From: Mayamaea pseudoterrestris
Lineage: Eukaryota
Length of the DNA stretch: 64,000 nt
Direction: 5' to 3'
Assembly (NCBI GenBank): GCA_027923505.1
Contig: BROI01000013.1
Coordinates: 124,001 to 188,000, forward strand
Shown here: in pieces, positions 54,451-64,000 of the stretch
How the letters are laid out: every line of letters begins with the position of its first letter
Numbering within the stretch: the first letter of the stretch is position 1
Translations under genes and position numbers: made by a program
Notes under the pieces: generated by a model
Databases searched by the model: none
What the model was told of the DNA's origin: nothing
The model's input: only the letters and a program-made list of their open reading frames with translations

Positions 54451-55416
54451 CTACGCAGCATCCGCATCAGCGTCGCCTGCATCACGACGGCGACCAAACA
54501 CCACCCCAAGAATAAACTCGTCTCCATGCTTGATGACTCGATCACTGTATCGCACGCCCTCTGGTAGGATCAAACGATCCAGTCTAATCACCTCTTTTAC
54601 TTTGAGCCCAGTGCACTCCAGCTCGAGTTTCTCGGGAATATCCACTCCAGCATCGACGAAACATTCAATATATCGCTGAATCGGGACAATGAATCCATCT
54701 CGTTTCAAAGCAGGACTCTCTTCCTCATTGATGTAGGCAATGGGTAGTTTGATGGGACGTCCCGCGTGGTAGCGAAGGTAATTGACGCAATAGATTTGCG
54801 CACCATGCACTGGGTGTCGCTGCAGATTCTTGGGCATGACGCAATGCACTGTTCCCTCAGTTGCTTCGGGGTGCTCGTAGACAGTGAGATTGTATACGCG
54901 ACTTTCAAAGTGATGATGGTAGCGATCCAACTCGCGCTGGAGTTCGCGTGATTGTGTTTGAACCACGAGCTTGCTGAGCGGCTGATTCGATAGAATGCCC
55001 TTGGTTGGATCGCTGCCATACAATATTCCAGGAATCAGGTTGTTGCGTCGAAGGTATGTACTGCAGCGAGACCCTTCTTTGGTGCGAGTGTAGCAGGAAA
55101 TGGGTCGAATATTACGTGGATAATGTGTGTACGCTGCATTGTCTACTCTTGCAAAAGAGTCGTTGATCGCTGCCTGCTCGCCTGACAAGTTTCCTTCGTC
55201 GTCTTCACCATCTTCCTTGAAGCTGTCTGGAAAGTTGGCTTCCATGTACTCGCGTACGTTGGGCGAGCTATTAATTGTTTCGTATGTCAACCCAGTGACT
55301 AATTTTCCTGGATCCGGCAGATGACGCAGTGGTGAATTTGAGCTATTCGCGGTCGCCAACCAGCGGCGATGCGAGCGACTTGACGTCCTTCGAAAGATGC
55401 GAGACAAATACGCCAT
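54451..55416 (-). CDS. Ribosomal protein bL25 (Ctc/TL5 type), probably mitochondrial
   Basis: Arg/Ser-rich presequence; LRRNNLIPGILYG, QRHPV, ESPALKRDG, IPEKLE. Confidence 0.85.
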   Translation of the reverse strand: MAYLSRIFRRTSSRSHRRWLATANSSNSPLRHLPDPGKLVTGLTYETINSSPNVREYMEANFPDSFKEDGEDDEGNLSGEQAAINDSFARVDNAAYTHYPRNIRPISCYTRTKEGSRCSTYLRRNNLIPGILYGSDPTKGILSNQPLSKLVVQTQSRELQRELDRYHHHFESRVYNLTVYEHPEATEGTVHCVMPKNLQRHPVHGAQIYCVNYLRYHAGRPIKLPIAYINEEESPALKRDGFIVPIQRYIECFVDAGVDIPEKLELECTGLKVKEVIRLDRLILPEGVRYSDRVIKHGDEFILGVVFGRRRDAGDADADAA

Positions 55417-55669
55417 AAGAGCACTATGTGGGTAGAGGTAACAGAGGCGTTATTTGTATAATGATGGCTGATCGGAGGTCGCGCTCGGTCCTTTCCGAAA
55501 GAAGAAAGTGAGCGGTGGTGGCATGGGTAACGGTGTGACGTGGACTCAATGAGTCATTTCAAGTCTGAGCGGTACTAATCTTGAGTCCAACCATTTTTTT
55601 GAAACCGAAACTCACACTCGCTTCCTTATCAACGCCGTTCATCTCAGGCCAAAGCTCCATTGAATCATC

Positions 55670-57049
55670 ATGCCAAAGGTCAAGCGTATTCGAGCGGCTG
55701 CTATAAGTGGCAAGCAAGTGCGACAGGATCCGTTGGGACAAGTCATTCAGCATGACCTGAACAAGGAACAATACGCATCCATCCGGACGGCACGAGGCGA
55801 TTCCAAACGAACCAAACAGACCATCGAGGACGAAGAATTATTGGACGAGAAGACTTCCAGTCGCATCATCAAGCTCAGTCGACAGCAGCAGCTAGAAGTG
55901 GAAGCCGAGGAGGAAGCGCGAACGAGGCGTGAGCGACAGCAGACGTTTGCAGTCGACAGCAGCGATGATGAGGAAGCTGACGATGACGACGGCTTGGACG
56001 ATTTGAATGAAGACGACTACGTTCAGCGCGATGAAGGATACGTTACTGTCGCGGAAGGAGCGGAAGGCTTGTCGGCTGAGGATGAAGCGCTCGTGGCGTC
56101 CATGATGAATCCATCGTCGTCGAAACGAACTTTGGCGGATATAATTCTTGAAAAGATCCAAGAGAAGGAGTCTGCGAACAATAACAGCATGCACGACGAG
56201 GCTACGGTTAATGCACTTCCGACAAAGGTCGTGGAAGTGTACACGGATATTGGAAAGATATTATCCTATTACAAGGGGTCTGGCAAATTACCAAAGGCAT
56301 TCAAAGTCATTCCGTCGCTTAGCAACTGGGAGGAAGTACTTTACCTGACGCGGCCGGATCGATGGACGGCGCAAGCCATGTTTGCCGCAACTAGAATTTT
56401 CTGCTCCAATCTCAATCCCAAAATGGCTCAACGATTCTATAACCTTGTCTTGCTCGATGCGGTGCGTTCCGACATTCAATACAACAAGAAACTTAACTAC
56501 CACTATTACATGGCGCTTAAAAAGGCAGTCTACAAGCCTGCAGCATTCTTCAAGGGCATACTTTTGCCTCTGTGCAGCGAAAATTGCACCTTGCGCGAAG
56601 CCGCCATTGTCGCGTCCGTCTTGCAGCGCGTCTCGATTCCGTCGCATCACTCGGCTGTGGCAATTCACAAGCTGGCGCAGCAGCGAGAATACTCAGCGGC
56701 TACTTCCATCTTTATCAAGACTTTATTAAACAAAAAATACAGTCTTCCATCACCGGTCATTGGGAGCCTTGTCCGGCATTTTGCGAGTTTCATTCATGAC
56801 AAACGCGAACTACCAGTCTTGTGGCATCAGGCGCTGCTAGTTTTTTGTCAGCGGTACAAGGCCGAGGTGCAGGACGAGGCCCGCGACGCGCTGAAGGCTG
56901 TGATGAAGAATCACTTTCACTCAAAGATTACACCAGAGATTCGAAGGGAGCTTTTTGGTCTCCAGGCTTTTAAGGAAGAGCGCAAGTCCATGCATTCACA
57001 GTCAACGAGTAGTGTTCGTGGTGACGATGATGAAGGCATGGCTTTGTGA
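55670..57049 (+). CDS. BYSL: Bystin/Enp1 (40S biogenesis)
   Basis: SGKLPKAFKVIP, YKPAAFFKGILLPL, CTLREA, LPVLWHQ, HSKITPEIRREL. Confidence 0.96.
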   Translation: MPKVKRIRAAAISGKQVRQDPLGQVIQHDLNKEQYASIRTARGDSKRTKQTIEDEELLDEKTSSRIIKLSRQQQLEVEAEEEARTRRERQQTFAVDSSDDEEADDDDGLDDLNEDDYVQRDEGYVTVAEGAEGLSAEDEALVASMMNPSSSKRTLADIILEKIQEKESANNNSMHDEATVNALPTKVVEVYTDIGKILSYYKGSGKLPKAFKVIPSLSNWEEVLYLTRPDRWTAQAMFAATRIFCSNLNPKMAQRFYNLVLLDAVRSDIQYNKKLNYHYYMALKKAVYKPAAFFKGILLPLCSENCTLREAAIVASVLQRVSIPSHHSAVAIHKLAQQREYSAATSIFIKTLLNKKYSLPSPVIGSLVRHFASFIHDKRELPVLWHQALLVFCQRYKAEVQDEARDALKAVMKNHFHSKITPEIRRELFGLQAFKEERKSMHSQSTSSVRGDDDEGMAL

Positions 57050-57404
57050 TCTAACACGGTAATCATGTAATCGCTGATGTTGTTAGTATATTTTATTGGC
57101 TTATCGTATTCTTTTCGCTATTGCCATTGGGGCTGAGTGCCCTGCGTTGCTTGAATGCATCATTCCATCAGCCATTCCGCGCAACAGCGCTTAATGTTAA
57201 TTGTCAACACGTGTTTCTCTACCCAGTTGCCAGATAGAGCAAAGCTAAACGGACAGTCGCATGCGCGGGTACACGCGAGTAAGGCTTTGCTTTGTAAAAA
57301 CGACTACATGGAACAGCGATATAAATACAGCATGATGTCTATATATGTATATACTGAGACGCATGCCATTGTTCTTTAGTATCATGGAATTGCCTTAATG
57401 TAGC

Positions 57405-59099
57405 CTAAATGCCGAGCGGTTTCTTGTATTTCTTTTCCGACAAACGTTTTTTGCCGCTAAAAGCGCCCTTCTTGTGCTTCTCCTTCCAAGCATTTCTACC
57501 AGCCGAAGAACGACCCGTGCCGTCTCGCGTGTTCGTATAAATTCGTTCCTCGTCAGCCTTGTGCATCTTGGCAGCTGGCCCTTCAAGTATATCGCCATCC
57601 TCTACAAACTCGGCGAAAGGATCCTCTTCATCGTCCGCTCCTTTGATGCCAGCCAAATTCACGTCACCATCGAACGCTCGCAAAGGGTCATTATCGGACC
57701 GCCTCATACTTCCGGTCGTGGTTCGAACCTTTTTACGCTTGCGCTTCTTGTTCAAATTGGCTACCTGCATTCCTTTTGGTAGCAAGTACTTTGGAACATG
57801 CTTTAAATGATCATGGATTCGTGCAATGTGTGTGGCAGTTCTATCATGCCGAAGCAACTGAAGGTCAGCTGGATTCTCCTCAAAATGAGACTGCAAACGC
57901 TCCGAGTTCAAAATCTCGGCGCGCAGCTCCGTTGCTCTTGCCTCTCGGACGGCCGTCTTGGTGACAGCCCGCTGAACATCTTCGACGCGGTACCGAAAGC
58001 CTTCTATCTCGTGCAAATCAAAATCGAGCGGCATAGGTTGGGCTTGTTCGTGCTGATGGAGATGTGCATTTTGATTAAAAGCTCCATCTTCCGCCAATAC
58101 GGGCTGCAACTGATCCGCAGCACCTGCCGCTGCTGGCACTGCCGGCTGGGACGTTTGAACCTGAAGCAAAATCTCATGCTCGCGCATGTTTTCCGCATCC
58201 ACAAGACTCAGCGCAACACCCTTGGCTCCGGCTCTTGCCGTCCGTCCAACCCTGTGCGCATACGATCGCGCATTGGGAGGGAAATCCACATTTACGACGA
58301 AGGAAACATTGCGAAAGTCTACTCCGCGGCTGACGCCAAACTCAGTGTCCCTCGGGCGTTGCTTCCTACTAGGTGCTAATAATTGTTTGTGTGCGCCGGC
58401 CGCCTTGTCCTCGTCGGTATCTTCCTCGTCGCTGTCACCGTTGGCACAACCAGTTGTATCGGCACTAGTGTCCGTAGCAATCAAATAGTCAAAATTTCCA
58501 ACATTGAACTGTTCAATGATATTGAGTCTACTATCGACTGGAAGCTCGGCATTCAAGACGGCGGATCTTATGTGGAACTGCTCCAGAAACAGCTTTAAAC
58601 GGTAGCCCGCATCAGTGGAATTGACAAAAAAGAGCCCCTTGCCCTTGAGCAGGCCTAGCTTCAAAAACACAAAAACGACCAGATTCTTGTCTCTCTTGGG
58701 CAGAGTAGTGTAAAATTGCTTGAGATTGCCTGATCGATCTGTCTCGTCTTGTTCTAATTTAAGAATTATAGGTTTGGAGAGCATGACCGACTTCAATACA
58801 TCCAATTCCGGCGAAAGTGTGGCTGACATGAGAAATCCTTGACAAATCCTAGGAAGTGCCTTTACAATCTCCGCAATGTCATTTGAATACCCAAAGGAAA
58901 GAACCAAGTCTGCTTCATCGACAACGACTGATTCGACATTTTTCAAGTTAACAGTGTCCGACCGAATGTGGGCAAGTAATCCAGCCGGCGTTGCGACAAT
59001 CACGTTTGGTTTGTCACGGAGCATTGCAGCTTGTCGAATGATTTCCTGCTTTTGCAGATCCTTGTTGCCGGCCCTTGTACGTCCTCCACCTTGTTGTCC

Positions 59100-59144
<45 letters not shown>

Positions 59145-59534
59145 AGGTGCAATTGTCGTGAGACTTACGACGGAAATAACGTCATCCGAGTAGTACGAAA
59201 GAGACTTGAAAACGTTGTAAACTTGCGCGCATAATTCTCTTGTCGGCACCAAGACGACTGCTCCAACAGATCCAATATTTTGTTTGCGCTGAATCAACTT
59301 TTGCAGAATTGGAATGCCATACGCAAGTGTCTTGCCGCTGCCGGTGGATGCACGCACGAGAATGTCGCGACCATGCTGCAGTGCTAGTGGAATGCACTTG
59401 GTTTGGACCAGGGTCGGATGAACATGCCCTAATCTTGCAATGGCTTTCCTGAGACGAATGTCAATACCGCACGTATCGCAGAGGACTGGAAATGTCGTCG
59501 ATGGATCTAGTGAGTTGCTGTTATTGATTGTCAT
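57405..59534 (-). CDS. DBP9: DEAD-box RNA helicase Dbp9/DDX56
   Basis: STGSGKT, PTRELC, DEADLVLSFGY, MSATL, EFGVSRGVDF, HRVGRTARAG, FRYRVED, HFEENPADL. Start 59534 or 59564. Confidence 0.95.
59103..59144. repeat. Pure (CTG)14 / (CAG)14 encoding polyQ within DBP9
   Basis: Uninterrupted trinucleotide run. Confidence 0.95.
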
Positions 59535-60099
59535 GGTGATGATTGAATGGACGATTAATCGCAACTCGCAACAGAAGGTGTGGGGAACGCTAGCGGCAAA
59601 TCAATTTGTTCCGTCGCACGCAAGCTCGTTGGTTCCGCGGACGAATGCGTCTGTCCGTCGAAAGAATAGGAATCTGGAATCGTTGTGGTCAGCAAGCAAG
59701 GCATAAGTATAACAATTGCGGTTTTCAAGAAACTAATATAAGTATTGATGACGCACTGTTCATTGGAGTTGAAGAATGGCATAAGTAGTGATGACGCACT
59801 CATCGAGAAACGTCCGCATTACACGACACGTGAGTGCACCGAGCGAGCCATCGCTCTCACGTCGAGGTTTCCTCTCATCGCATCCTTGCACCAAGCACCA
59901 AGCATACCGTACTTGTACTTCAGCAGAAGAGCGATTTGATTGCGTAGACAAACGGAATTACTCGTTCATGAATGCTTTTTGGCGGCAGAAGGATTAACGA
60001 GCAAGGACGCAAGACGCAAGCACGGTCCAGAGTCGGAGTATTTTGTGTATCCGAACGAAAAGGGAACAGCTACATACAAGCTCTTAATCTACTTACAGA

Positions 60100-63000
60100 A
60101 TGAGCCATGAGCAACTTTCATTCGGTCGTAATTCTCCTCGTCGACGGCCTGGGAGTGCAGCGACGAGCGACTCGTCTCTCTCGGAGATTCGCTTTGGCAG
60201 CTTGACGCCACTGCCATTGCAATCCTCACTGTCAAGCCAAGCAGCAACAACTTGGGATGATTCTGATTTGCAGAGGCCATCTTCGAGGCGAGACAGACGA
60301 AAGGGTTTTGATGCGACGACGCCAACGTTAATTGACGAGGAGGATTATGATCAAGGCGACGATGCAGGCTACATTTGCAAGCAGCTGCAGCTACATCAGC
60401 AGCAAGAAGGGAACGACGACAATTCACATCGGCGGACTCCAGGCGCAAGCATGTACAGGAGCTCCATACATGATCGGATGAGTCCTGGAGAAGCTATGCT
60501 GATGGAGCAATCGTCGCAGGATTCTGACACGACTGGATTGGGATTTGGTTTAACATTGGCATCGCCTGTTGCTGCAACGGCGAATCAGTCAGCAAATAGC
60601 TGGGAGAGTATTTCAGCCACTGCAACGCCGCAGCAATCCTTTGCATCGATGCATGGCGATGCAAAGACTTCTGCATCAGCATCACGAAACTACTCGCCCT
60701 ATGGACGACATGGTGCATTCTCGCCGGCGTTGCTTCGATTGACGGAAGATATTGGGAACCTTTTAAATGAAGAGGAAGACGACGCATATACTGTAGAAAT
60801 GCCGTTGTTTCGAAACGACGCCAGTTATATTGGGGCAATTGATTTGGAAGCGACGCCGCACAACCAATGGGGAGGGCAACCAGTTGCAGTTGATTCCAAT
60901 GCATCGCTTGCCAAACGCATCACTGCTGACGGACACATCATGGCAGCAGAGAAACCGAGACGAAAAGTGCTAAATCTCAATGCATTACCTATATCGGACG
61001 GTCTGTCAATAGACGAACAGCAGGAGCAACTACAACCGAGGCTGCAGCAGTTTCGAAATACGCAACAACCCATTGCGAGGCGAGGCAATAATGATGTCTT
61101 CGAGTTTGGAACATCTCGCGCACCAGCAACGACACAGCAGTCGACTTCATTGCACCATTTTGGTGGCGCCTTTGCTCCTCCAGCCAAGGAAGCAGCTATA
61201 TCCTTTGCTCGTCCGTTTCAATTACACACTCCAGTGTTGGCCGAAACTACCACTTCCACGCCAGAGACGCAACAATCCACATTAGTTTCGTCCCAAATGT
61301 TTTATCAAGAGCATCAGATTCGGTCGATTGATGCGTTTGCTGCTGATCAGACTCTTCAATCGTCGCAGTCATTTGATACCTTTTCGACAGCTACTCAACG
61401 CGACACGCCAATTGAAGTTTACTTTCAACGCAGCAACAGATTGTCGTCGCCGAGTCCAAGTCCGTCGCCATCACATCCATATCCGCTACGGTCAGATATG
61501 GTTGCGACTGCGCAGGAATATATTCCTAGATCATCAAAGCAAAGTTCGACGCCGCAGTTTCCTCAGCAAATGTGGGCCCACCCGTCGCCCATGCCGTCTT
61601 TGTCGGCATCTGGTCCTTACGATGCATCAATGACGTACCAAAATACTTGGCACGCGAGCTCTCCTGGTTTAGGATCAGTGTACTCGTCAAGCTTTGGAGA
61701 CTCAAGGTCCGTCATGACGCCGTCACCGCATTTGCCAAGCATGTATATGGAAATGCTTCCTCCTGCGGATGCTCCATACACTGCGCCGGTTGCGACACAT
61801 CAGCTACGAGACAGATTACCAGTTTACACCGGAGCATCGTCACCTTTGGTGACGTCGGGAAAGGATGGCAGTAAACGTGAAAACCCACGAGGCAGGATTA
61901 AGTGGCAAAGCCGGAAGAATGGCGCAACGAGCGGGCAGACGACGAGCAACCAGATTCAAAAGACCGTTCGTAATAAAATCAGCAATTCACAGGGTATGAC
62001 GAATTCGATGGTTGCCCGAGTCAAGGTGGAAGATATTGAAGCTGGTGCACTCGCATCGGAAGGTCCAGCGGATTCGCGACGAGCCGAACTGGACGAGAGC
62101 CCCGAGGTGCGCCTTGCGTTTAAAAACTTTTACAAGGCCTATCGTGCTGAAGAACAAAACGGAGTCATGCAGGCGGAACAATTTGCTACAAATGCATTGC
62201 GCAACGACAACCTCCCAGCAACAATCCACTGGCGAATTTACGTGGAGCTAGCCGACTTGGCTAGACGTACGAATCGATTTACTGTTGCGCGACGGCATTA
62301 TCAACGAGTTTGTACTCTTCAGCCGTATGCGAGCCAAGGCTGGGTTGAGTACAGCAAACTGGAGGAGGAGTGTGGAAATATGAACCGCGTGGCGAATATT
62401 ATGTACGCTGGGCTGGAATATTGCGAGTACAATGAAAATCTCATGATCCGAGCGATCAAACACCAGGAGAAAATGGGTCAGCACGGCAATGTGCGTGCTC
62501 TCTTGGCGAGACTGAAGCACGTTGCTACTGAAAAGGTTTGGCGTACTGTACTGGAAGGCGCACTTTTTGAGGCTCGCGTTGGAAATATTTCAATCGCTCG
62601 TCGCGCGCTGAAGTATGTCATGAACTACGTGCCATGGTACGGTCCACTCTACGTTGAATTCTATCGCCTTGAGCGCGACCATGGGCACACACTCGACGCA
62701 CTAAAAGTCGTGGAACTTGGTTTGTCGCAGGTACCCCGATATAATCCGCTATGGTTTTCTGCTTTGCGAGTGTGCGAGGAGCTTGATGTTGCTGATGGAA
62801 ACTATGATTTGACAAGGACAAAGTCCATGCTACAACGCGCAAACACACATGTCAGCAAGGAGGTCATTTGGAAAGTTTTTCTGGAGGCGGCGTTTGCTGT
62901 CGAACGTGCAGCGATGGAGATCTCTGAACGAAGAAGATTGCCATTAAATTCATTGCTGATTGGGGCGCGAAGCTATTTCGCGCTCACGATTCGATCTTGT

Positions 63001-64000
63001 CGACTAAATCTACGGTGGAAGGTCTGGCTAGCAGGGGCTCGCATGGAACTATCTGCCGGAAAAGTATCTGCGGCTACTCGATTGTTTGCGCGAGCACATG
63101 AGGTTGCTCCGGAGAAGGTCCGTTCATTAACCCTTTTGGACTATGCTCGCCTTCATGAATATATTGGCAAGAGAGACATTGCGCGAGCTATACTTTGCAA
63201 AGGACGAGTAGACTATGGCCATGATTGGAAATTATGGCTAGAAAGTGTCCTTTTGGAGATGCGAGGATGCTGCATCGGTCGTGCGTTTGAACTAGCTACA
63301 GATGCACTCGAAGTGCACGGAGGAACCGGCCGCCTTTGGTCAGCGCTCGTGCAGCTGAGTTATCAAATTGGAGGAGTCGACGGTCAGTATAACGCCTTGC
63401 GTAAAGCTTTAAACGCCGTTCCAAAAAGTGGCGAAGTTTGGTGCGAAGGTGCAAGAATACACTGCAATCCATTTTCCGCGACGTTTGATATTAGCAGGAG
63501 TCGCCGCCACCTATTCTTTGCCGGCAGATTTACGCCCCAGTACGGTGATAGTTTCTTGGAGTCGATTCGAGTAAAGCTTGTTCGTCAATGGCTGTTTCCT
63601 ATTGCACATTTTATTTGGGATAAAACCCAATCCAGCTTTATACCGAGCAATGGACAAGGCGACGAAGAATGCTTGATCAAGTATATCACGGACATTTCAT
63701 TAGCTGTATCTCTCGCGTGCCAGCAAAAAATGCAAAGTGCCAGACTCATACCCAATCTTGTTCATGCAGCGATTATACAGCCCGTTCGAGAACGTCTATC
63801 TGTGGTGAAATTGTTACGTTCCTTTGACTTGGCCGATATCTACTTGTCATGCTCCAACGCCGATCCAAACTACGGTCCACTATGGTTTTACTGTCGCAGG
63901 CTGCAGAATGACCCACCTCAAAGGGTTCTCGAGCATGCTAGCGCCGCTATGCTTGCGGAAATTCGCACGGTGGCGCACATTTATATTGCGGCGCAAGTCC
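60100..64000 (+). CDS. Large protein with low-complexity N-terminus and C-terminal HAT/TPR repeats (Prp6-related); runs off the window
   Basis: Frame from ATG 60100 has no stop listed before the window end (so absent from the ORF track). Contains WRIYVELADLARR, QGWVEYSKLEEECG, VPKSGEVWCEGAR, PQYGDSFLE, ADPNYGPLW. Confidence 0.85.
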   Translation, partial: MSHEQLSFGRNSPRRRPGSAATSDSSLSEIRFGSLTPLPLQSSLSSQAATTWDDSDLQRPSSRRDRRKGFDATTPTLIDEEDYDQGDDAGYICKQLQLHQQQEGNDDNSHRRTPGASMYRSSIHDRMSPGEAMLMEQSSQDSDTTGLGFGLTLASPVAATANQSANSWESISATATPQQSFASMHGDAKTSASASRNYSPYGRHGAFSPALLRLTEDIGNLLNEEEDDAYTVEMPLFRNDASYIGAIDLEATPHNQWGGQPVAVDSNASLAKRITADGHIMAAEKPRRKVLNLNALPISDGLSIDEQQEQLQPRLQQFRNTQQPIARRGNNDVFEFGTSRAPATTQQSTSLHHFGGAFAPPAKEAAISFARPFQLHTPVLAETTTSTPETQQSTLVSSQMFYQEHQIRSIDAFAADQTLQSSQSFDTFSTATQRDTPIEVYFQRSNRLSSPSPSPSPSHPYPLRSDMVATAQEYIPRSSKQSSTPQFPQQMWAHPSPMPSLSASGPYDASMTYQNTWHASSPGLGSVYSSSFGDSRSVMTPSPHLPSMYMEMLPPADAPYTAPVATHQLRDRLPVYTGASSPLVTSGKDGSKRENPRGRIKWQSRKNGATSGQTTSNQIQKTVRNKISNSQGMTNSMVARVKVEDIEAGALASEGPADSRRAELDESPEVRLAFKNFYKAYRAEEQNGVMQAEQFATNALRNDNLPATIHWRIYVELADLARRTNRFTVARRHYQRVCTLQPYASQGWVEYSKLEEECGNMNRVANIMYAGLEYCEYNENLMIRAIKHQEKMGQHGNVRALLARLKHVATEKVWRTVLEGALFEARVGNISIARRALKYVMNYVPWYGPLYVEFYRLERDHGHTLDALKVVELGLSQVPRYNPLWFSALRVCEELDVADGNYDLTRTKSMLQRANTHVSKEVIWKVFLEAAFAVERAAMEISERRRLPLNSLLIGARSYFALTIRSCRLNLRWKVWLAGARMELSAGKVSAATRLFARAHEVAPEKVRSLTLLDYARLHEYIGKRDIARAILCKGRVDYGHDWKLWLESVLLEMRGCCIGRAFELATDALEVHGGTGRLWSALVQLSYQIGGVDGQYNALRKALNAVPKSGEVWCEGARIHCNPFSATFDISRSRRHLFFAGRFTPQYGDSFLESIRVKLVRQWLFPIAHFIWDKTQSSFIPSNGQGDEECLIKYITDISLAVSLACQQKMQSARLIPNLVHAAIIQPVRERLSVVKLLRSFDLADIYLSCSNADPNYGPLWFYCRRLQNDPPQRVLEHASAAMLAEIRTVAHIYIAAQV

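Overview
Eukaryotic nuclear DNA, most likely from a diatom. Evidence: compact genes with short GT-AG introns, bipartite plastid-targeting presequences with ASAF/DGF-type motifs, and a CoDi-like Ty1/copia element. Two gene-dense arms (about 1-26.5 kb and 46.8-64 kb) flank a ~19.5 kb repeat block. That block is a 169-bp satellite (~72 monomers, three dyad symmetries per monomer) interrupted by a very young chromodomain-bearing copia LTR retrotransposon, and it ends against a 5'-truncated DUF1824-like pseudogene. Other notable items: a head-to-tail pair of diverged PIF/Harbinger-type MITEs with a CTG target site next to a 50-bp minisatellite; a carotenoid-oxygenase homolog that appears to lack all four iron-binding histidines; a myosin with UVR-like and CBS tail domains; and a telomere-like (CCCTAA) patch inside the satellite. 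All calls come from reading motifs by eye; no database searches were run.
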